Assembly: GCA_903892335.1 (NCBI GenBank)
Contig: CAITID010000078.1
Span: 1 to 55,894, forward strand
Length of the DNA stretch: 55,894 bases
Direction: 5' to 3'
DNA from: an uncultured Actinomycetes bacterium
Lineage (GTDB): Bacteria; Actinomycetota; Actinomycetes; Nanopelagicales; Nanopelagicaceae
Shown piece after piece: positions 51,228-55,894 of the stretch. A program made the position numbers and the translations under genes. The notes beneath the pieces were generated by a model. It had not been told where the DNA came from. It did no database searches and was given only the letters and a program-made list of their open reading frames with translations. The stretch's first letter is position 1; every line of letters begins with the position of its first letter.

Positions 51228-52138
51228 TAATTCTTCGCCTTTGCATTTAACTCAGCGCGTGGATCAAACTCTTTTGTAGCCAGGGCAAACTCTTCAATCG
51301 CTTTCTTAGCCGCCCCATCAACACGTTGTGGCACCCGCACATCAATTGTGATCATTAAATCTCCAACAATTGATCCTTTTTTAACACCGCGTCCTTTAAC
51401 ACGAAGAGTTCGACCAGATGGAGTACCTGGTGCGATCCGAACAGTTACTTCGTCCCCTTCAAGTGTTGGCACCTTTATGTCGGCGCCTAATGCCGCCTCA
51501 GCAAAGGTAATTGGAAGTGATAAGTGAATATTTTCATCTTTGCGAGAGAAAATTGGATGTGGTGTGACATGAACAGTTACATACAAATCACCAGGGCCAG
51601 CAGCACCTGGTGCGCCTCTGCCTTTAATCTTTATCTTTGCGCCATCTTTAATTCCCGCTGGAACTCTTGTGGTTATGTTCATCGCAGCAGAGCCTTGTGG
51701 TTGCAAGCGAAGATTTAACTCGGTGCCATAGATTGCATCTTTAAATAAAATTGCAGTCTCTGTTTGTAGATCTGCGCCATGGCGCTGACGCGCACCACCA
51801 AATAATGTTGAAAAAATATCTCCACCGGGACCAAACATGTCAGTGAAGTCACCACTATTAAACCCTTGCCCGCCCTGCATATTTGGGTTAATTCGCCCTG
51901 ATTTATAAGCCTCTCGCGCATCATCGTATTCACGACGTTTTTTATCATCACTTAAAATGTCATAGGCCTCAGAGACTGCTTTAAATCTATCCTCTAACTT
52001 TTTATCGCCTTTAGTTTTATCAGGATGTAATTCACGGGCTAATTTTCGATACTGTTTTTTTATTGCAGCCGCGTCCGCAGATTTTGCAACGCCAAGGATT
52101 TGGTAGTAATCCTTTTCATATAAATCCTTGGCTGCCAC
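51227..52138 (-). CDS. dnaJ: DnaJ co-chaperone lacking the zinc-finger domain
   Basis: J-domain with HPD, G/F region and DnaJ_C domain; no CxxCxGxG repeats. Confidence 0.9.
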   Translation of the reverse strand: MAAKDLYEKDYYQILGVAKSADAAAIKKQYRKLARELHPDKTKGDKKLEDRFKAVSEAYDILSDDKKRREYDDAREAYKSGRINPNMQGGQGFNSGDFTDMFGPGGDIFSTLFGGARQRHGADLQTETAILFKDAIYGTELNLRLQPQGSAAMNITTRVPAGIKDGAKIKIKGRGAPGAAGPGDLYVTVHVTPHPIFSRKDENIHLSLPITFAEAALGADIKVPTLEGDEVTVRIAPGTPSGRTLRVKGRGVKKGSIVGDLMITIDVRVPQRVDGAAKKAIEEFALATKEFDPRAELNAKAKN

Positions 52139-52169
52139 TTCAATTCCTTTTTACTTGGTAATTAGTTAA

Positions 52170-52670
52170 TTAAGCCGGATCGGTAACAGCAACTCTTGCT
52201 GGCCGGATCACGCGCTCTTTGTACTTATATCCTGGCTGCAAAATTTCAGTAGCTGTTGTCTCACTTACATCAGCTGATGTGTTGTGGACCAACGCCTCAT
52301 GAATTGCTGGATCAAAGACCACACCAACATCGGCAAATTTTTGCAATCCTAATTTTTCAGTAATTGCCGTAATTCGATCAGCAACGGCTTTAAAGCCACC
52401 AGATAGCTCACCATGTTGTTCTGCGCGATCTAAATCATCTAATACCGGAAGCAGTTCAGATAAAACAGCAGCAACTGTGTAATCAGCAGCGGATGCCCGA
52501 TCGCGATCTACTCGCTTTCGATAATTTGCATACTCTGCTTGCACGCGTTGCAGATCAGCAGTTAATGAGGTGACCTCATCTACTACCTCTGTTGCCTCAC
52601 TTAATGCTTCATCGACCGCATCAGATAACTGGGTTTGTGTATCCGATGCGGATGAATTTTCTTCACTCAT
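52170..52670 (-). CDS. grpE: Nucleotide exchange factor GrpE
   Basis: QAEYANYRKR, LPVLDD, FDPAIHEA and GY...RVIRPARV motifs. Confidence 0.96.
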   Translation of the reverse strand: MSEENSSASDTQTQLSDAVDEALSEATEVVDEVTSLTADLQRVQAEYANYRKRVDRDRASAADYTVAAVLSELLPVLDDLDRAEQHGELSGGFKAVADRITAITEKLGLQKFADVGVVFDPAIHEALVHNTSADVSETTATEILQPGYKYKERVIRPARVAVTDPA

Positions 52671-52676
52671 CGATGA

Positions 52677-54506
52677 TTACTTTTGCTCGTCAACAACTTC
52701 AGCATCCTGCACGCCATCATCAGCTGCGGTTGTGCCAGCTGGTGCTTGCGCTGCATTTGCTGCATAAAGAGCTGCGCCAAGTTGTTGGCTTAACTCTGAA
52801 GTTTTTTCAGTTGCAGATTTAATTGCTGAAAGATCTGTGCCAGCCAGGGCTGTCTTTAGATCTGCAATCGCAGTTTCTGTTTCTGCCTTCTTAGTTGCAT
52901 TCTCACCTTCGGTGAATTTGTCCTCATTATCTTTTAAGAACTTCTCAGTTTGATAAACAAGTGAGTCACCAGCGTTTCGAACATCTGCTTCTTCACGACG
53001 TTGTTTGTCCTCTTCGGCGTGGGCCTCTGCATCCTTCATCATGCGATCAATCTCTTCTTTTGAAAGAGCAGATCCACCTGTGATGGTCATGCGTTGTTCC
53101 TTACCGGTACCAAGATCTTTGGCAGATACGTGAACAATTCCGTTGGCATCGATATCAAATGTAACCTCGATTTGTGGAACTCCACGTGGTGCAGGTGGCA
53201 GACCAGTTAAATCAAAGGTGCCAAGCTTTTTATTGTAAGCAGCCATCTCGCGCTCACCTTGGTAAACCTGAATTGATACCGCTGGTTGATTATCATCTGC
53301 AGTTGAGAAGATCTCACTGCGTTTGGTAGGAATGGTTGTATTGCGCTCAATTAACTTGGTCATAACGCCACCCTTGGTTTCAATTCCAAGTGAAAGTGGG
53401 GTTACATCAAGAAGTAATACATCTTTTACTTCACCCTTTAAAACACCAGCTTGTAGTGCTGCGCCAACTGCAACAACCTCATCTGGGTTAACACCCTTAT
53501 TTGGCTCTTGCCCACCAGTTAATGATTTAACTAACTCAACAACTGCTGGCATACGAGTTGATCCACCAACTAAAACCACATGATCGATATCGGCAATTGG
53601 AATGCCGGCATCGCGTAGCACTGCTTGGAATGGGGTTTTGCAACGCTCAAGTAGCGCAGCGCTTAATCCCTCAAATTGTGCACGGGTTACAGTCTCATCT
53701 AGGAACAATGGATTCTTTTCAGCATCAACTGTGATGTATGGCAGATTTACTGAGGTTTGCGCAGATGAAGATAGTTCAATCTTTGCTTTCTCAGCAGCTT
53801 CTCGAACACGTTGCATTGCCATCTTATCTTTTGTTAGATCAATTCCATTTTTAGATAAAAATGTCTTTACCAAGTGATCAACTAGAGCTTGATCCCAATC
53901 ATCGCCACCAAGGTTGTTATCACCATTAGTTGCTTTAACTTCAACAACACCTTCACCGATTTCAAGAAGTGAGACGTCAAAAGTTCCACCACCAAGGTCA
54001 AAGACCAAAATGGTTTGTTCTTTATCGCCCTTATCTAAACCGTATGCGAGCGCTGCTGCTGTTGGCTCGTTAACAATACGAAGCACATTAAGACCTGCGA
54101 TCTCACCGGCCTCTTTAGTTGCTTGACGTTGTGCATCGTTAAAGTAAGCCGGAACTGTAATTACTGCATCAGTAACAGTCTCACCTAAGTAACTTTCAGC
54201 ATCACGCTTTAGCTTCATCAAAATACGTGCAGAAATTTCTTGTGGTGTGTACTTCTTGCCATCAATATCCATGCTCCAGTTAGTGCCCATGTGGCGCTTA
54301 ACGGAACGAATTGTGCGTTCAACATTTGTTACTGATTGACGCTTTGCTACTTCACCAACTAGTACCTCGCCATTTTTAGCGAAGGCAACAATTGAAGGTG
54401 TAGTACGTGCACCCTCTGCATTTGCGATTACGGAAGGTTCGCCACCTTCTAATACGGATACGCAACTGTTTGTAGTTCCTAAATCAATACCTACTGCTCT
54501 GGCCAT
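52677..54506 (-). CDS. dnaK: Chaperone DnaK
   Basis: [17 protein letters not shown] and DLGGGTFD motifs; SD AGGAGG. Confidence 0.99.
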   Translation of the reverse strand: MARAVGIDLGTTNSCVSVLEGGEPSVIANAEGARTTPSIVAFAKNGEVLVGEVAKRQSVTNVERTIRSVKRHMGTNWSMDIDGKKYTPQEISARILMKLKRDAESYLGETVTDAVITVPAYFNDAQRQATKEAGEIAGLNVLRIVNEPTAAALAYGLDKGDKEQTILVFDLGGGTFDVSLLEIGEGVVEVKATNGDNNLGGDDWDQALVDHLVKTFLSKNGIDLTKDKMAMQRVREAAEKAKIELSSSAQTSVNLPYITVDAEKNPLFLDETVTRAQFEGLSAALLERCKTPFQAVLRDAGIPIADIDHVVLVGGSTRMPAVVELVKSLTGGQEPNKGVNPDEVVAVGAALQAGVLKGEVKDVLLLDVTPLSLGIETKGGVMTKLIERNTTIPTKRSEIFSTADDNQPAVSIQVYQGEREMAAYNKKLGTFDLTGLPPAPRGVPQIEVTFDIDANGIVHVSAKDLGTGKEQRMTITGGSALSKEEIDRMMKDAEAHAEEDKQRREEADVRNAGDSLVYQTEKFLKDNEDKFTEGENATKKAETETAIADLKTALAGTDLSAIKSATEKTSELSQQLGAALYAANAAQAPAGTTAADDGVQDAEVVDEQK

Positions 54507-54535
54507 TTGTTTCCTCCTATGGGCTTATTTTCAAC

Positions 54536-54580
54536 CTTGAGTGCCTATTTAGTCAAAAGGTTGAGCCATAGAGGCTCAAG
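54536..54580. promoter_or_regulatory. HAIR (HspR-associated inverted repeat) operator(s) upstream of dnaK
   Basis: GTTGAGC-N7-GCTCAAG at 54560-54580 fits CTTGAGT-N7-ACTCAAG. A second, weaker copy CTTGAGT-N8-AGTCAAA lies at 54536-54557. Confidence 0.85.
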
Positions 54581-54601
54581 GTTGCTATCTAGAGGAACTA
54601 A

Positions 54602-55144
54602 TTAGAGGGAGGAAATATTCCCACGGGCTGGTTTGAGCACAAGGGCGGTCAGCGCCCCGCCTATTAGCCCGCCTAGATGGGCCTTCCAGTCGATTCCAGG
54701 AATTAGCAGTGGAATCGCCATATTCACCGCAACTAGGGTCAGCGCCTCACGAAGGTTGCCGCCAAACTTCTTTCGAAGGATCGCGTAGGCACCAAAGAGA
54801 CCAAAGATCATTCCTGATGCACCAACAGCTGAGGCTTGAGGTGGATTGAAAAGGTATGAGGCAAGTGAGCCAAATGTTAGCGAGATTAAAAGAAGTGCAA
54901 TGTAGCGATTTCGGCCATAGTAACTTTCAAGTGGTGTACCGATTGAAAAGAAAGCAAGCATGTTACAAATTAAGTGAACAACTCCGCCATGAACTAGTGC
55001 AACGGTAAAGAGGCGATAAATCTGACCTTGCTCAATTCCATAACCCCAAAGTGCTAAATCATTTTGTAAATTGGGTTGAACCATACTTAGTAAATAAACA
55101 CCAGAAATAAAAAGAATTAAAGATTTGGTAAGTGTCTGCTGCAT
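54602..55144 (-). CDS. Rhomboid family intramembrane serine protease
   Basis: YRL, H...HLICNM, GASG and AHLGG motifs. Confidence 0.92.
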   Translation of the reverse strand: MQQTLTKSLILFISGVYLLSMVQPNLQNDLALWGYGIEQGQIYRLFTVALVHGGVVHLICNMLAFFSIGTPLESYYGRNRYIALLLISLTFGSLASYLFNPPQASAVGASGMIFGLFGAYAILRKKFGGNLREALTLVAVNMAIPLLIPGIDWKAHLGGLIGGALTALVLKPARGNISSL

Positions 55145-55168
55145 CTGCTGCTGCTTTACTTTTTTGTT

Positions 55169-55678
55169 TTATTTAATGGTTACAGAGTTGATTTTAATTG
55201 CTTGTACTGGCTTGTCATTTGCGCCAGTTTTAGCAGCTGCAATCTTGTCGACGATTGCCTGCGAAGCGGCATCCTTAACCTCACCAAAAATGCTGTGTTT
55301 GCGGTTTAGCCAAGTAGTTGGCGCGACTGTAATAAAGAATTGTGAGCCATTTGTATTTGGTCCAGCATTAGCCATTGCAAGTAAGTATGGGCGATCAAAA
55401 TTTAATTCACCATGGAACTCATCAGCAAAGTTGTAACCAGGTCCGCCCATGCCAGAGCCAAGTGGGTCCCCACCTTGAATCATAAATCCTGGAATGACGC
55501 GGTGAAAAACAGTTCCATCATAAAGATTCTTCTTTACCTTCTCGCCAACATTTGGATCTACCCACTCTTTAGCGCCGGTGGCTAGCTCAACAAAGTTTGC
55601 AACAGTCTTTGGTGCTTGGTTTGGAAATAATTCAATTGTGATATCACCCTCGGAGGTGTGCAGAATTGCTGTGCTCAT
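55169..55678 (-). CDS. ppiA: Cyclophilin-type peptidyl-prolyl cis-trans isomerase
   Basis: APKTVANF, FHRVIPGFMIQGGD and AMANAGPNTNGSQFF motifs. The start is probably the second Met (55678). Confidence 0.95.
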   Translation of the reverse strand: MSTAILHTSEGDITIELFPNQAPKTVANFVELATGAKEWVDPNVGEKVKKNLYDGTVFHRVIPGFMIQGGDPLGSGMGGPGYNFADEFHGELNFDRPYLLAMANAGPNTNGSQFFITVAPTTWLNRKHSIFGEVKDAASQAIVDKIAAAKTGANDKPVQAIKINSVTIK

Positions 55679-55725
55679 TATTTTCTCTTTTCTCATTTAT
55701 GTTTCTAACTAATTAAGTTTGTTTC

Positions 55726-55751
55726 ACTTACTAAGTAATTACTTAGTAAGT
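55726..55751. repeat. Perfect 26-bp palindrome
   Basis: ACTTACTAAGTAA|TTACTTAGTAAGT, located 6 nt from the 3' end of tRNA-Ala. Confidence 0.9.
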
Positions 55752-55757
55752 TATTTG

Positions 55758-55830
55758 TGGAGACCAGGGGAATCGAACCCCTAACCCCCGCCTTGCAAAG
55801 GCGGTGCTCTACCAATTGAGCTAGGTCCCC
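55758..55830 (-). tRNA. tRNA-Ala(TGC)
   Basis: GGGGACCTAGCTCAATTGGTAGAGCACCGCCTTTGCAAGGCGGGGGTTAGGGGTTCGATTCCCCTGGTCTCCA: cloverleaf, G3:U70 identity pair, CCA not encoded. Confidence 0.97.
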
Positions 55831-55844
55831 GTGTTTGCGGGGGG

Positions 55845-55894
55845 TGGGCCTATGTGGACTTGAACCACAGACCTCTTCCTTATCAGGGAAGCGC
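55845..55894 (-). tRNA. tRNA-Ile(GAT), 3' part (5' end outside the window)
   Basis: CTTCCCTGATAAGGAAG anticodon arm, TGTGGTTCAAGTCCACA T-arm and TAGGCCCA acceptor strand. Confidence 0.93.

Noticed and set aside
55758-55894. tRNA-Ile/tRNA-Ala pair as an rRNA operon spacer or island integration site
   Set aside because: The pair is followed by ppiA rather than 23S rRNA, which is the normal actinobacterial post-gyrA arrangement. I found no duplicated tRNA 3' end.

Overview
This is bacterial chromosome from a small-genome, low-GC actinobacterium. Gene order, tight packing and composition fit freshwater acI / 'Ca. Nanopelagicales'; that taxonomy is an inference. Most of the window is conserved actinobacterial core: clpC (partial), lysS, coaX, nadC, nadB, panC, folKBPE, ftsH, hpt, tilS, dacB, guaB1, a DEAD-box helicase, holB, MFS-tmk, topA, hppA, pyrE, dnaK-grpE-dnaJ-hspR, rhomboid, ppiA, tRNA-Ala and tRNA-Ile. 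Two visibly AT-richer accessory blocks, with no integrase or transposase, flank holB-tmk. Block A (~23.8-35.2 kb) carries pseB, pseC, an RmlD-like reductase, two SAM methyltransferases, a GT2, a candidate nonulosonate transferase, an ABC half-transporter and two unknown proteins. Block B (~38.4-43.4 kb) carries an AAC(3)-fold acyltransferase, FkbH, ACP, a VOC protein, a DUF4910 peptidase-like protein and a dedicated AcpS. My best candidate for an undescribed system is the two blocks acting together. They would form an ACP-dependent pathway that N-acylates the PseB/PseC amino sugar with an (O-methyl)glyceroyl group for a surface glycan, resembling the Campylobacter flagellin-glycan modification locus. 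Other signals are pervasive leaderless-type -10 boxes (including on most block A genes), long nested inverted repeats in three intergenic regions, a structured helicase leader, a HAIR operator and a perfect 26-bp palindrome. All calls come from reading motifs by eye; no database searches or folding programs were run.
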